Below are positions 47,129-57,332 of a stretch of DNA of 64,000 nt, piece after piece (positions within the stretch are counted from its first letter, which is position 1; the number at the start of each line of letters is the position of its first letter). The notes below the pieces were generated by a model that was not told the DNA's origin, did not search any database, and saw only the letters and a list, made by a program, of their open reading frames with translations. The stretch comes from a virus: IMG/VR virus record IMGVR_UViG_3300045988_139374, positions 64,001 to 128,000 of that record; one strand, given 5' to 3'. The translations under genes and the position numbers were made by a program.

Positions 47129-47989
47129 TTAAATGTAATTTTGAATCTCATTTGCAATATAGTCTTCAATACTCATAACGATAGTATTTTTTCCAGCTTC
47201 AGTAAGAGCTAGCTTATGAGGATTAATAATATCTACTGTATCATACTTAGTCATATCATAGCATTCCTGGAGCATCTTAAAATTAGAACTCTTATCCTTG
47301 ACATAGCTAATAGCAGATTCTTTAATAGTAGAAATTGCATTAACTACATCTTGATTAGAAAATTCCTTAATGAAAGATTTACTTCCATCCATTGCATTAG
47401 ACATAGCAAAGTTAGACTTAGGAATAGCAATACTAGAAGCAGATTCATTTAGAACTCCTCTTGTATATGCGTGAGGATGAGAAGGATAAATGACATAGTC
47501 ATAAGTAATCATCTTAAGATTCTCAACAACTGCACCCTGAGGAGTACTAGAAATAGTACCAAGTGCACGAAGTGAAAATGCAGGAAGAACTCCTTGACGC
47601 AGATCCTTATCAAAAGCTTCGCCTAGAGCATTATTAGTTCCCTGGAAGGTAGACATAACATTATCGCCTTCCATCCAAAGCTTTAGATATCTAACACAGA
47701 TCTTAGTCGGATCAATAGTTTGCTGACGAACTAGAGAACTAGCATCTGCTCCAATAGGATGTCCAGCTTCTCCACATAGTTGTCCAGCTGCTAGCAATTC
47801 TTGCTGTCTAGGAGCATTAACTTCTCTAATCAGATCTGCAGTCCTATAAATACGTCCATTACGATTCTTTTCATTGCCTGTCTGAAGAGTGCCGATACCA
47901 GTAACACGATTATTATTTTTATCTTCTCTAATGTCTACACTTTCCATGCAAACACTAGATTCATTTAGAATATATCCAATTTTGCCCAT
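47129..47989 (-). CDS. prohead protease, T4 gp21-like (S77 family)
   Basis: GNEKNRNGRIYRTADL (compare T4 VNRNKRLYP), CGEAGHP (compare GELNHP) and PAFSLRALGT (compare GVSSRGLGS). ATG 47989 follows GGAGG. Confidence 0.75.
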   Translation of the reverse strand: MGKIGYILNESSVCMESVDIREDKNNNRVTGIGTLQTGNEKNRNGRIYRTADLIREVNAPRQQELLAAGQLCGEAGHPIGADASSLVRQQTIDPTKICVRYLKLWMEGDNVMSTFQGTNNALGEAFDKDLRQGVLPAFSLRALGTISSTPQGAVVENLKMITYDYVIYPSHPHAYTRGVLNESASSIAIPKSNFAMSNAMDGSKSFIKEFSNQDVVNAISTIKESAISYVKDKSSNFKMLQECYDMTKYDTVDIINPHKLALTEAGKNTIVMSIEDYIANEIQNYI

Positions 47990-48088
47990 GGTAATAATAC
48001 CTCCCATGCTAAAATTTGTTAGGCTAATTACTAAAAAGTTAAGGAATAATACCCGAATAGACTATTTGCCTATTCGGGTAATTTTTAA

Positions 48089-48811
48089 TTATTCATCATA
48101 ATATTTAATCTCTGCATTCTTATGAAGCCTAAATCTAACTTTAATAGGATTACCATTTTTTGCAACGATAAAATCATATAGTTTTTCTAGAAAAGCAATA
48201 TTGAATACATCGTCATCATTTCTAATCTTCTTTTCTAGAATTCTAACTTGCTTTCTACCATTCTTTTCAATAATGGCTTTCTCATCAATAGTAAATACGT
48301 TTCCTCTTTCTGTTGCTGCAAGATAACCAAATACTCTATCTAGAAATTCAATATTATCAGGATGCATATTCCTATTATTACGAGCAGATTTCCACCAATT
48401 CAATTCTGCTTGATAAGATGAATTTCCATTATTATATGCCATATTTGCTCCTAGATAATCACACATAAGTTCAACAAGATATCTAAGAGGAATACGTACA
48501 GCATATCCTCCTTCATCAAAATCATCTGTCCAAAATTCATAATGATGAGGATTACATGCCTTATGATGCATCCAAGGTTCAGAATATCCGCAAATTTGTT
48601 TATTCTTAATAATAGGAGATAATCCAGGAGTGGTATACTTTACGTTTGTAATAAATTCTTTTGGAGAAAATTTAGAAAGATCATGTGTTAATCCAACAAA
48701 AGGCATTCCACATCTGGAGCAATAAATATATACATATTTCTTATGATTAAGAATAGTTTTAAGATGGAGTTTCATTTTCTTCCATGTAAAATCTGTATTA
48801 AATTCTTCCAT
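48089..48811 (-). CDS. DUF5662-family protein
   Basis: LKTILNHKKYV...GLTHDLSKFSPKEF...GYSEPWMHHKACNPHHYEFWTDD matches the DUF5662 signature as I recall it. ATG 48811 follows AAGGAGAA. Confidence 0.6.
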   Translation of the reverse strand: MEEFNTDFTWKKMKLHLKTILNHKKYVYIYCSRCGMPFVGLTHDLSKFSPKEFITNVKYTTPGLSPIIKNKQICGYSEPWMHHKACNPHHYEFWTDDFDEGGYAVRIPLRYLVELMCDYLGANMAYNNGNSSYQAELNWWKSARNNRNMHPDNIEFLDRVFGYLAATERGNVFTIDEKAIIEKNGRKQVRILEKKIRNDDDVFNIAFLEKLYDFIVAKNGNPIKVRFRLHKNAEIKYYDE

Positions 48812-48833
48812 AATTATTTTCTCCTTATAATCA

Positions 48834-49832
48834 TTAAGCAAAATCAGCACATTTTTTAAAAGTAATTGTCATCTGACAATTCATATGATCTCCACTACGA
48901 AGATAGATCTCATGCTTTTTTAGCATATAATACACTCCAGTATATTTGGGGTTATCTTCATAATTAGCTAGAGTATATTGTTTATTAGGAGTAAAAATTC
49001 TACTATCCATATCGATTTTAGAAATAATAAGAGTACTAGCATTTTCGGCAATCTTAGTTTTAAGATTAGATGCAGCATTCTTATCTTCAGATACTGTAAT
49101 AATAGAAGATCCACTATCACTAATATTAGTAATCTTAGAAGTATTAACTGCAGAAGATTGTAGATTTGTGCCTTGCTCTACATTAACTGCACTAATATTT
49201 CCAATAATAGAACTAGAAGATCTATCAATAGAAATTTGACAGTCAGTTCCTGGCACATAAATAATATATGCATCTTGATCAGGATCTTCTACGATACCAG
49301 AAGATAGTCCTTGATATTTTGTGAGATCTCGAACATCAATTGCTATATTAGGATGATCTCCATCTTTAGCATCAATATATGAACCATCAAAACTTCTTAA
49401 ATAAGTTTTCTCGAAATCCATATAAAACATATAATTTCCTTTATAGAAAGATGCTTTATTATTTAGATATCCAATAAACTTAACTACAGAACTTAGATTA
49501 GGACATACAAATGTTTTAATTGAAGTATCGTGATCAAAAGGTTGCAATACAAGGTTATTCATATCTTTCAAAGCTTCTTTTACTAAGGCTTGAGTGGATT
49601 TTCCTTGCATAATTCCACCAAAAGATTTTTGATTCTTCTTTTGTAAATCTAGACTGTATAGTCCAATTCTACAATTCTTATATGATGTACCTCTATCTTC
49701 ATGTAATTCATCAAGTTCTTTATAAGAATTAGGATCGTCTGCCATTAAATAATCAAATTCTCCATAAATAACTTTCTTAGGAGTAGCAGATGTAGATCCT
49801 TTATTTCTTGTGGAATAAAGTTTTAGATACAT
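48834..49832 (-). CDS. hypothetical structural protein; baseplate-hub-like C-terminus (weak)
   Basis: 332 aa. The C-terminal pattern TGVYYMLKKHEIYLRSGDHMNCQMTITF loosely resembles gp27/gpD-type hubs. The upstream 64-aa ORF ends one nucleotide before its ATG. Confidence 0.35.
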   Translation of the reverse strand: MYLKLYSTRNKGSTSATPKKVIYGEFDYLMADDPNSYKELDELHEDRGTSYKNCRIGLYSLDLQKKNQKSFGGIMQGKSTQALVKEALKDMNNLVLQPFDHDTSIKTFVCPNLSSVVKFIGYLNNKASFYKGNYMFYMDFEKTYLRSFDGSYIDAKDGDHPNIAIDVRDLTKYQGLSSGIVEDPDQDAYIIYVPGTDCQISIDRSSSSIIGNISAVNVEQGTNLQSSAVNTSKITNISDSGSSIITVSEDKNAASNLKTKIAENASTLIISKIDMDSRIFTPNKQYTLANYEDNPKYTGVYYMLKKHEIYLRSGDHMNCQMTITFKKCADFA

Positions 49833-49833
49833 C

Positions 49834-50028
49834 TTACTCTTTATTATATGTAGATGGAAGTAGATTTACGTTGATATAAATAAGAGGCATCATCTTATTT
49901 TCATAATCATGATCTACTGTAATATATCTAATACATTGCTTAGGAATTTCTATTGCTTTATCTTCGCCTTCTTTATTAAAGGCCAATTCACATTCATAAG
50001 TAAAAGTACTGATAAAAGCTTTCCCCAT
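49834..50028 (-). CDS. small hypothetical protein
   Basis: ATG 50028 after AAGGAGGA. Confidence 0.5.
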   Translation of the reverse strand: MGKAFISTFTYECELAFNKEGEDKAIEIPKQCIRYITVDHDYENKMMPLIYINVNLLPSTYNKE

Positions 50029-50074
50029 TTTGCTATCCTCCTTAATAGAATTATATAGGAGTGAACCCAATAAG

Positions 50075-50113
50075 AAATTTTAGAAAAGAGGAGGATCATA
50101 TAAGATCCTCCTC
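50075..50113 (-). terminator. intrinsic terminator GAGGAGGATC/GATCCTCCTC
   Basis: 10-bp stem followed on the minus strand by TTTTCTAAAATT. Confidence 0.7.
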
Positions 50114-50117
50114 AATT

Positions 50118-50798
50118 TTATTCCCAATATTCTAAAGATGATTGTCCAAAGAAAAATGCTTTAATTCTGCAGAAAATATAATGAATATATTCTTGCCTAC
50201 AGATATTATACAATATAGATCTATCAGATACAGGATTCTTTATATCTCTTGCGATGCATTTTTTAATTTCAATATTCTTAATTCCTTTAATACAATCCAT
50301 ACGAATATCTAATATTGCAGAATTATAAAAAGTGCAAGGTTCATAAAAGATAGAATCATGCCAATTGGAAAAATTCATTAAACTATTGCTGAATAATACT
50401 CTATTGAATTTACAATGACTAAATAAAGCTCTATCCATCTTACAAGTCTCAAATCTCATATGCTTGAAACTACAATGCTCACTCCAACTAGATACAAGGT
50501 TTGACATTGTGAAAGAAGCAAAAGAGAAATCACAATCGTCAAAATGGACACTATCTAATTTAGTATTAAAGAATTTTGCTCCAAAGAAATTACAATGCCT
50601 AAAAACAGATACGTCTAAATTTGCATTAGAAAAATCTACATTTTGAAAGCTTGCATATTGAAGATTTTTAAATGACAGATCCATCCCGCTAAGATCTAAT
50701 CCATCAAATATTGCTCTATATGACTCCCAATCTTCTACGTCTTGTGCAAGATAATGAGCGTGTCTCTCAAGAATCTTATTAAGGGTTTCCTCTGTCAT
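50118..50798 (-). CDS. pentapeptide-repeat protein
   Basis: About 25 consecutive A(D/N)(L/F)xx-type pentads (ANLDV SVFRH CNFFG AKFFN TKLDS VHFDD CDFSF ASFTM ...). Confidence 0.8.
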   Translation of the reverse strand: MTEETLNKILERHAHYLAQDVEDWESYRAIFDGLDLSGMDLSFKNLQYASFQNVDFSNANLDVSVFRHCNFFGAKFFNTKLDSVHFDDCDFSFASFTMSNLVSSWSEHCSFKHMRFETCKMDRALFSHCKFNRVLFSNSLMNFSNWHDSIFYEPCTFYNSAILDIRMDCIKGIKNIEIKKCIARDIKNPVSDRSILYNICRQEYIHYIFCRIKAFFFGQSSLEYWE

Positions 50799-50911
50799 AC
50801 TACCAATTCCTTTCTTTTTAGAATAATTAATTAGGAGTCGATTTGATTATAAACCTTAAAAATGGCTCAGTGGAACACTAATATAATCAAATCTAAGGAG
50901 GTAGATGATCA

Positions 50912-53900
50912 ATGGTCGTACTTGAAGATCTTAAAGATTTGCTTATGTATAAGAAGCAATTCTTCCTTCCTGTGAATATGAAGGATAAACGTCATGGATC
51001 TGCAATCATGCTCATGACCCCAAATTATCAGTCATCTATGCTAGCAATGACTGAACCTTATACACTAAATAGACGTACCTTTGAGTCTTATTATATCGAA
51101 AAAACTATTACAAGATATATTCAACAACAGACTGAATCTGTTGTTGAAATTACTGATCCTGGTGAGTATCTTTTTGAAGTTGAATTGACTTCTAAAGAGA
51201 GAAAAGAACTTGATGATAGTGAATTCGGCATTCCTGAACAAAGAAGATATCCTCTGAATGATGAATCTCATGTACTAGCTGCTATTAGATTCTTTAATCA
51301 TGTAGAAAAGGAATATGAAGCAGAACTTGCTAAGAATATCATTAAAAAGATTAAAGAATATGATATGGCTGACAAAGTTCATGTAGGAGATGGAAATAGA
51401 TTTAAGCCCTATTGGGAAAAATCTGGGCTTGCTAATAAATCTACTAATGAATCTGGTCAAATTGTTAAATCTGCTCCTGATCCTGAGGAATATAAGAAAA
51501 CTCTTATTAATGCAGTAAAGGATACTCTTCATCTTAAGGGATATAAATGTGGAATTCATAAAGATGATAGATGGGGTACTGATGAATTTATCAATGGTGT
51601 GAATTCTCTTTATATTGGCAGATATGATGATACAGAAATTAAAGATGTAGTCAATCAAATCAAAGCTGTTATTGGTCCTGGATATAAAGTATGTGAAGAC
51701 GATTTTAATACTGTCTTTATTGATGGTCCTAATAAAGCAATGAGAGAATTCACTGAAGATGAATATTTCAATGAGTTTAATATTAAGAGCTTTATTAGTG
51801 GTACTGCTATATCTTCTGCTAATAAGAAGATGAATAAGGATTATCGTCTTCTAACCTTTACTGGATATGAAAGAGATATCAATGTTGTGCAGAAGTATAT
51901 TGATCAAGAATATATTAAGGCATGCATGGCAAAAGTCAAACAAAAGATGCCTTATGATAAGATCAATATTATTTGCTGTGGTGATGGATCTAAGCCTGAA
52001 GAATTTACTCCTACTTCTGTTCTGGTATATACTCCTGAGGCTTTTAAACATGCCGGTGGAAAGTTTGGATATGGAGACTATATTAAATATATTCTCCAGC
52101 TATATGCAGTTTATTGCATCAAGATGCCTATTGGAAGCAAATATGAAAGAGTTCTAGATAGTCTTGCAGAACCTGCTGCTATTCTATTTTCTGGAGTTGC
52201 AGCAAAAGAAATTGCTAAGAAAACTAATGATGATCAATTTACTGTAGAACGAGTATTCCAATATATTATTGATAAAGATGGCATTGATACACTACTTAAA
52301 ATTCTCAGATACAATGCAACTGCTGCTGTTATGAAATATGCAGCAGAATATGGAAAGATTTATTATCCTATTAATAGATCTCTCTTTGTAGAAATAGCTG
52401 AAGAGAATGAAGAATATCTAAAATCTCTTCAAGAAGATACTACTATTCCTGTTCCTAATCCTATGCCTGATAGTATTAGAAAGCTTGGAAATACTGCAGA
52501 ACGCATTAAGAGAAGGCTTAAGTCTAAGACTATTTATAAGCTTAATAAACTTAAAAGAGATCTTGAAAAAGGAACTGGAGATTCTGATAATCCTGGATAC
52601 ACTATTCAAAGTCTTGATGTAGGTATTCCTACTCCTTCTAATGGATCTTCTGCTCCTAGTGAATCTTTCAGTCTTTCTAAACTGAATCTCTGGTCTCAAG
52701 GAGATTATGTAAATGAAAATGGATTTGTATATCTATTTGAAGATTCTACAAAATATGATATGCAACTTCGTAAAGCTCTTTATAGAGATAGATTGAAAAA
52801 TGATAAAGCTGTTATTCAGCTATATAAGAAGGTAAAAGCTGATATGCCTATCATCAGATATACCTTTGTTAAAATGAATAGATACAATAACCGTAATCTA
52901 TTCTATGATCTATCTTATTACAATGAGTCTTTCTTTAGAAATATGGCTATGATCAATGATAGTGATCGTAAAAATATTATGAGACTCTTTAAAACCTATA
53001 TTGAGCTTATGGAACGTCTACTAAATGATGATTCTCTAAGTGGATATTCTAAGAAAACTGTTTTTATCCCTGTACTAGATTGGAGACATAATAACTCTCT
53101 AAAGATGTGGATGTATAAAGAGGATATTAATCCTATTTCTGCCATCTATTATTATATGAGAAATAATCCTAAAGAACTCTCTAAACTATTTGGAGATAAA
53201 GACGTTGTTTTTCTTGGAGCTAAAAATTACTTCAAAGTAAACTTTGCTAAGGATGATTTTAGTAAGAGTGGAAATGTAACTAAATTCCTAAATCTTATTA
53301 AAAGAATTGTAGCCCTTGGGTATAATTCTCCTGCAGATCCTGATCCTGAAGGTGAGCTTGAAGATTCTCCTAAGGGAATTGCTATGGCTATCATTGATAA
53401 GGTTGAACAATCTAAAAATGTTCAAATCAATGATATCTCTAAACTAGATAATCTTTCTAATGATCAGAATCTTTATAATGATCAACCTGCAAAGGCAAGT
53501 ATGATTCCTGATGAAACTGCTGTGAAAAAGAAAGTAGTAGATACTGCATATAAAGTATCTGATGATGTGGTCACTACTACTTATGCAACAAATGTCAAAA
53601 ATAAGGTTGTTAAAGTTTCTGTAGATAGAAAGACTGTTACTAAAGAAGAGAATAAAGCAGCCACTGGAGTATCTGGTACCAAATCTGTAAATAGTACTTC
53701 TTCTAAAGAAAAGAAGGATGCTATTGTTGACTCTGTTGCTCAGGCAGCAAGAAATTCTGACAGTGTAGATACTGCTATGAATAAACTTGATGACGATCAG
53801 CAGTTTAAAGATATGGTCAATGCTATTCAGAATGATGATGAAGAGAATGTCAGAGTTGATAAGTCTCAAGCATCTGCTGTTATTGCTAAGCAAGAAGAAT

Positions 53901-56900
53901 TTCATAAGAAAGACGTTGAAGGAAAATCTGTTCAGGATCTTCTAAATGTGGATACCGCAGAAAAAGAATTGCCTGAAACTAAGTTAAAAGTATCTTCTAT
54001 CAATGACGATTGGCAACATATGACTTTCATGAACTTTGATAAAGATTATGATCCTGATAGTGATATTGTAAAGATGCTCGATGCTATGCAGCATTGGACT
54101 TATCCTATTGCTGTTACAAATGTTAGTGTTAAAGATAATTCTACATCTGAAGACATTGTAAATCTATGGACCATTGAATGTATAGATTATAAGAAAACTA
54201 AGTTTACACTTAAGGTTGATATTCCTAAATTTATCAATGGATCCAACTTCCTAAAACTCCGTGGCAATGAAAAGACACTGATGATTCAATCTGCACTTCT
54301 ACCCATTATCAAAACTGGTTTGGGAGAGTGCCAAATTATTGGTTCTGGCGGATATAACAAGATCTTTGTCAGAAGATTTGGTTCTCGTAAGGGTCAATCT
54401 AATGCCTATGCTAATAAACTCATTAGAGCTATTAGCAAGTATTGTGATAAGCATGATGATATTAAGTATGTAGCTGGTGATAATACTAAGGTTTGTACTA
54501 AATATGAATTGCCTATCGACTATATTGACCTTGCCCAAGTATTTAACTCTATTGAATCTGCTGGTCTAAAGATTTTCTTTAATCAAGATGAACTTAGATC
54601 TGAATATGAAGTGGATGATACTAAGGGCATTCCTATTGGTGTATTTACTCAATTTGATTCTAAGGATAAGACTGGTAAGGATGTAATCATTTACTATGAC
54701 GGAACTTCTAGTCCTACTCTAGCTGGTTATATCACTACTTTGCTATTTTATAGATCTCAGGAGTTTATGGAATTCTATAATAGTCTAAAGATTACTGGTA
54801 CTCGCTGTACTTATTCTAAGGCTAGTATTTTGAATTGTGAGATTCCTGTTATTCTAATTTGCTCTTATCTTGAGGGTCTGATTAAGACCATGAATAAGGC
54901 TGGAATTAAGTATGAATTCGTACAAGAGCTAAATAAGGATATCAAATATAGTACTTATCAGGATTATATTGAATTCTCTGATGGCTATCTTGTATATGAA
55001 GCAAATTACTCTTCTAGCATGCTTATGAATGGTCTTAAGGAAAATGATACTTCTTCTTATTCCATCAAGGATGTAAATAATAGAAGAATGTATCTAGAGT
55101 TCCTTGAGACTTATACTAATAGTCTAAATTCTGATGGTCTAGAAAACTCTTATGACTGTATGATTGATCCTATTACTAAGGAAATTCTTGAGAGATTCAA
55201 GCTTCCTAGTGATTACGTTGGTATTCTAATCCATGCAAGTAATATGCTTGCAGATAATAAGTACATACGTCATATCGATCAAGGTGGTCGTAGATGGCGT
55301 CGTAAAGAACTTATCGCAGGTTACTTCTATAAAGCTCTTACTACTTCTTATCAGGATTATGCTAACCAGAATCGTCATACTCGTAAGAGAACAAAGATGA
55401 CGATTAAGCAATCTGCTGTTATCGATCTAATTGTTTCTAAAGACCCTGCTACCTCTGACCTTTCTATTAACAATGCTCTAAATGACGTTGAATGCTCAAA
55501 CTCTGTTACTAACAAAGGTCTAGTTGGTATGAATGTTGCTCGTGGTTATACTATTGCTACACGTGGATATGATGATTCTATGCTTAATCTATTAGGCATG
55601 GATACTGGATTCTCTGGCAATGTTGGTATTAATCGTCAAGCAACTGTTAATGCTAATATTGAAGGTGGAAGAGGATTTGTTAAAACTATTGATGGTAATA
55701 CAGATAAATTGTCTTCTGCTGCTTCTTTTACTATGACAGAAGCTGTTACTCCTCTTGGTACTACTCATGATGATCCTCCTAGATCTCTGATGACTTATGT
55801 CCAGACTTCTAAGCACATGATTCGTTGTGATAATAACGATCCTACTCTACTTACTACTGGTGCGGATGAAGCATTGCCTTATCTGACTTCTGATATCTTT
55901 GCTTATAAAGCTAAGGAAGATGGTAAGATTGTAGAATTGGTACAAGAAGGTTTTGGTAAGAGAAACTATATCGTTGTAGAATATAAGAGTGGTAAACATG
56001 AATTTATCAATCTTTCTGAAGAGGTTAAGAAAAACTCTGATGGTGGATATTATGTGCCTATGAAACTTGATACAGATATGAGTGTTGGTAAGACTTTCAA
56101 AGCTGGTCAAATTCTTGCATATGATAAGCTATCTTTCTCTAAATCTCTTGGCGAATCTGGTAATCTAGCTGCTAATATGGGCACTCTTGCAAAGATTGCT
56201 ATTATTAATACTGATGAAGGATTCGAAGACTCTGCAATGATTACTGAATCTTTTGCCAATAAACTAGGAACTCAAGTTATTCAAGGAATTGAAACTAGAC
56301 TAGAGAAAGGTTCTAATATTCAGGTTAGTAAATATCTTGGAGATCAAGTTATGGAAGGTGATACTCTATTCACTTTCCAAGCTGACTTTGATGACGAAGC
56401 TATGAATAGCCTGCTCAAGAATCTAGCAATGGATGCTGGTGAAATTTCTGAATTGGGCAGAAATCCTGTTAAATCTAAATATACTGGTATCGTATGTGAT
56501 ATTCAAATCTATCGTACATGCGATATTGATACTTGCTCCGAATCTCTACGTAAATTCATTGGACTTTATGAGAAGAGAGTTAAAGATATCAAAAAAGTAT
56601 ATGATCAGTACGGAATTGATTCTGCCATTCTTCCTAAGACTGGTAAAGTTCCTGAAGTTGGCAAAACTAAAAATCTAGATGATTCTGTTCTAGTAATCTA
56701 TTATATCAAATATACAGATACTATGTCTGCTGGTGATAAGATTACTTTCTATTCTGCAAATAAGGGTATCATTAAGAAGATTATTCCTAAGGATGTAGAA
56801 CCTTATACTGCTTTCAGACCTAATGAGCATATTGATAGTTTCATGTCTCTAAGCTCTATCTCTGGACGTATGACTTGTTCTATTCCTCTATTTGCAGCAA

Positions 56901-56977
56901 CTTCTAAACTTATGGTAGAATTGGATAGATCCGTTAAAGATCTAGCTGGAATTCCTTACGACGAGAGTCAATTGTAA
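50912..56977 (+). CDS. RNA polymerase beta-like subunit fused to an N-terminal extension of about 1040 aa
   Basis: From about nt 54030: VDIPKFINGSNFLKLRGNEKTLMIQS (compare IPLMT..G.FIINGTERVIVSQ), RRWRRKELIAGYFYKAL, NKGLVGMNVARGYTIATRGYDDSMLNLLGMDTGFSGNVGINRQ, HDDPPRSLMTYVQTSKHMI (compare [20 protein letters not shown]), EGFEDSAMITESF (compare GYNFEDSI), GDKITFYSANKGIIKKIIP (compare GDKMAGRHGNKGV) and SGRMTCS. Confidence 0.85.
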   Translation: MVVLEDLKDLLMYKKQFFLPVNMKDKRHGSAIMLMTPNYQSSMLAMTEPYTLNRRTFESYYIEKTITRYIQQQTESVVEITDPGEYLFEVELTSKERKELDDSEFGIPEQRRYPLNDESHVLAAIRFFNHVEKEYEAELAKNIIKKIKEYDMADKVHVGDGNRFKPYWEKSGLANKSTNESGQIVKSAPDPEEYKKTLINAVKDTLHLKGYKCGIHKDDRWGTDEFINGVNSLYIGRYDDTEIKDVVNQIKAVIGPGYKVCEDDFNTVFIDGPNKAMREFTEDEYFNEFNIKSFISGTAISSANKKMNKDYRLLTFTGYERDINVVQKYIDQEYIKACMAKVKQKMPYDKINIICCGDGSKPEEFTPTSVLVYTPEAFKHAGGKFGYGDYIKYILQLYAVYCIKMPIGSKYERVLDSLAEPAAILFSGVAAKEIAKKTNDDQFTVERVFQYIIDKDGIDTLLKILRYNATAAVMKYAAEYGKIYYPINRSLFVEIAEENEEYLKSLQEDTTIPVPNPMPDSIRKLGNTAERIKRRLKSKTIYKLNKLKRDLEKGTGDSDNPGYTIQSLDVGIPTPSNGSSAPSESFSLSKLNLWSQGDYVNENGFVYLFEDSTKYDMQLRKALYRDRLKNDKAVIQLYKKVKADMPIIRYTFVKMNRYNNRNLFYDLSYYNESFFRNMAMINDSDRKNIMRLFKTYIELMERLLNDDSLSGYSKKTVFIPVLDWRHNNSLKMWMYKEDINPISAIYYYMRNNPKELSKLFGDKDVVFLGAKNYFKVNFAKDDFSKSGNVTKFLNLIKRIVALGYNSPADPDPEGELEDSPKGIAMAIIDKVEQSKNVQINDISKLDNLSNDQNLYNDQPAKASMIPDETAVKKKVVDTAYKVSDDVVTTTYATNVKNKVVKVSVDRKTVTKEENKAATGVSGTKSVNSTSSKEKKDAIVDSVAQAARNSDSVDTAMNKLDDDQQFKDMVNAIQNDDEENVRVDKSQASAVIAKQEEFHKKDVEGKSVQDLLNVDTAEKELPETKLKVSSINDDWQHMTFMNFDKDYDPDSDIVKMLDAMQHWTYPIAVTNVSVKDNSTSEDIVNLWTIECIDYKKTKFTLKVDIPKFINGSNFLKLRGNEKTLMIQSALLPIIKTGLGECQIIGSGGYNKIFVRRFGSRKGQSNAYANKLIRAISKYCDKHDDIKYVAGDNTKVCTKYELPIDYIDLAQVFNSIESAGLKIFFNQDELRSEYEVDDTKGIPIGVFTQFDSKDKTGKDVIIYYDGTSSPTLAGYITTLLFYRSQEFMEFYNSLKITGTRCTYSKASILNCEIPVILICSYLEGLIKTMNKAGIKYEFVQELNKDIKYSTYQDYIEFSDGYLVYEANYSSSMLMNGLKENDTSSYSIKDVNNRRMYLEFLETYTNSLNSDGLENSYDCMIDPITKEILERFKLPSDYVGILIHASNMLADNKYIRHIDQGGRRWRRKELIAGYFYKALTTSYQDYANQNRHTRKRTKMTIKQSAVIDLIVSKDPATSDLSINNALNDVECSNSVTNKGLVGMNVARGYTIATRGYDDSMLNLLGMDTGFSGNVGINRQATVNANIEGGRGFVKTIDGNTDKLSSAASFTMTEAVTPLGTTHDDPPRSLMTYVQTSKHMIRCDNNDPTLLTTGADEALPYLTSDIFAYKAKEDGKIVELVQEGFGKRNYIVVEYKSGKHEFINLSEEVKKNSDGGYYVPMKLDTDMSVGKTFKAGQILAYDKLSFSKSLGESGNLAANMGTLAKIAIINTDEGFEDSAMITESFANKLGTQVIQGIETRLEKGSNIQVSKYLGDQVMEGDTLFTFQADFDDEAMNSLLKNLAMDAGEISELGRNPVKSKYTGIVCDIQIYRTCDIDTCSESLRKFIGLYEKRVKDIKKVYDQYGIDSAILPKTGKVPEVGKTKNLDDSVLVIYYIKYTDTMSAGDKITFYSANKGIIKKIIPKDVEPYTAFRPNEHIDSFMSLSSISGRMTCSIPLFAATSKLMVELDRSVKDLAGIPYDESQL

Positions 56978-56987
56978 AAAAAATAAA

Positions 56988-57023
56988 TCCCGGTAGAGAT
57001 TAACTCTCTACCGGGACTTTTAG
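56988..57023. terminator. bidirectional terminator TCCCGGTAGAGA/TCTCTACCGGGA
   Basis: 12-bp stem with A8 upstream and a T-rich tract downstream, between convergent genes. Confidence 0.8.
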
Positions 57024-57311
57024 TTATTTTTCAAATGTGAAGCTGTGCTCATCCTCACGATTAAGAACGATATCAAATGCAATCCTGCACATCATATCAT
57101 CCTGATAATCCTTTGAAATGATAATGTTCTTACACTTCATTGCATAGAGGACCATCATATTATTATAATCATCTTCTTCCTTGCTATCTGCAAAGACAGC
57201 ATAGAAGATATTATCGTCATTGGTCATCTTTTTGAGATCAGTGAGGCGAGACTGAATCTCTTCTTCAGTCTTTCCCTTAGTAGGGAGCAAGAGAAAAGTA
57301 CCATTAATCAT
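57024..57311 (-). CDS. hypothetical protein
   Basis: 95-aa ORF with RBS GAAAGGAAGGAA. Confidence 0.5.
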   Translation of the reverse strand: MINGTFLLLPTKGKTEEEIQSRLTDLKKMTNDDNIFYAVFADSKEEDDYNNMMVLYAMKCKNIIISKDYQDDMMCRIAFDIVLNREDEHSFTFEK

Positions 57312-57332
57312 ATTAAAACATTCCTTCCTTTC

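Noticed and set aside
49834-50028. Possible frameshift fusion of the 64-aa ORF with the 332-aa ORF that starts one nucleotide after its stop
   Set aside because: There is no slippery sequence, and both ORFs have their own start (the small one with a strong RBS). Adjacent separate genes are the simpler reading.
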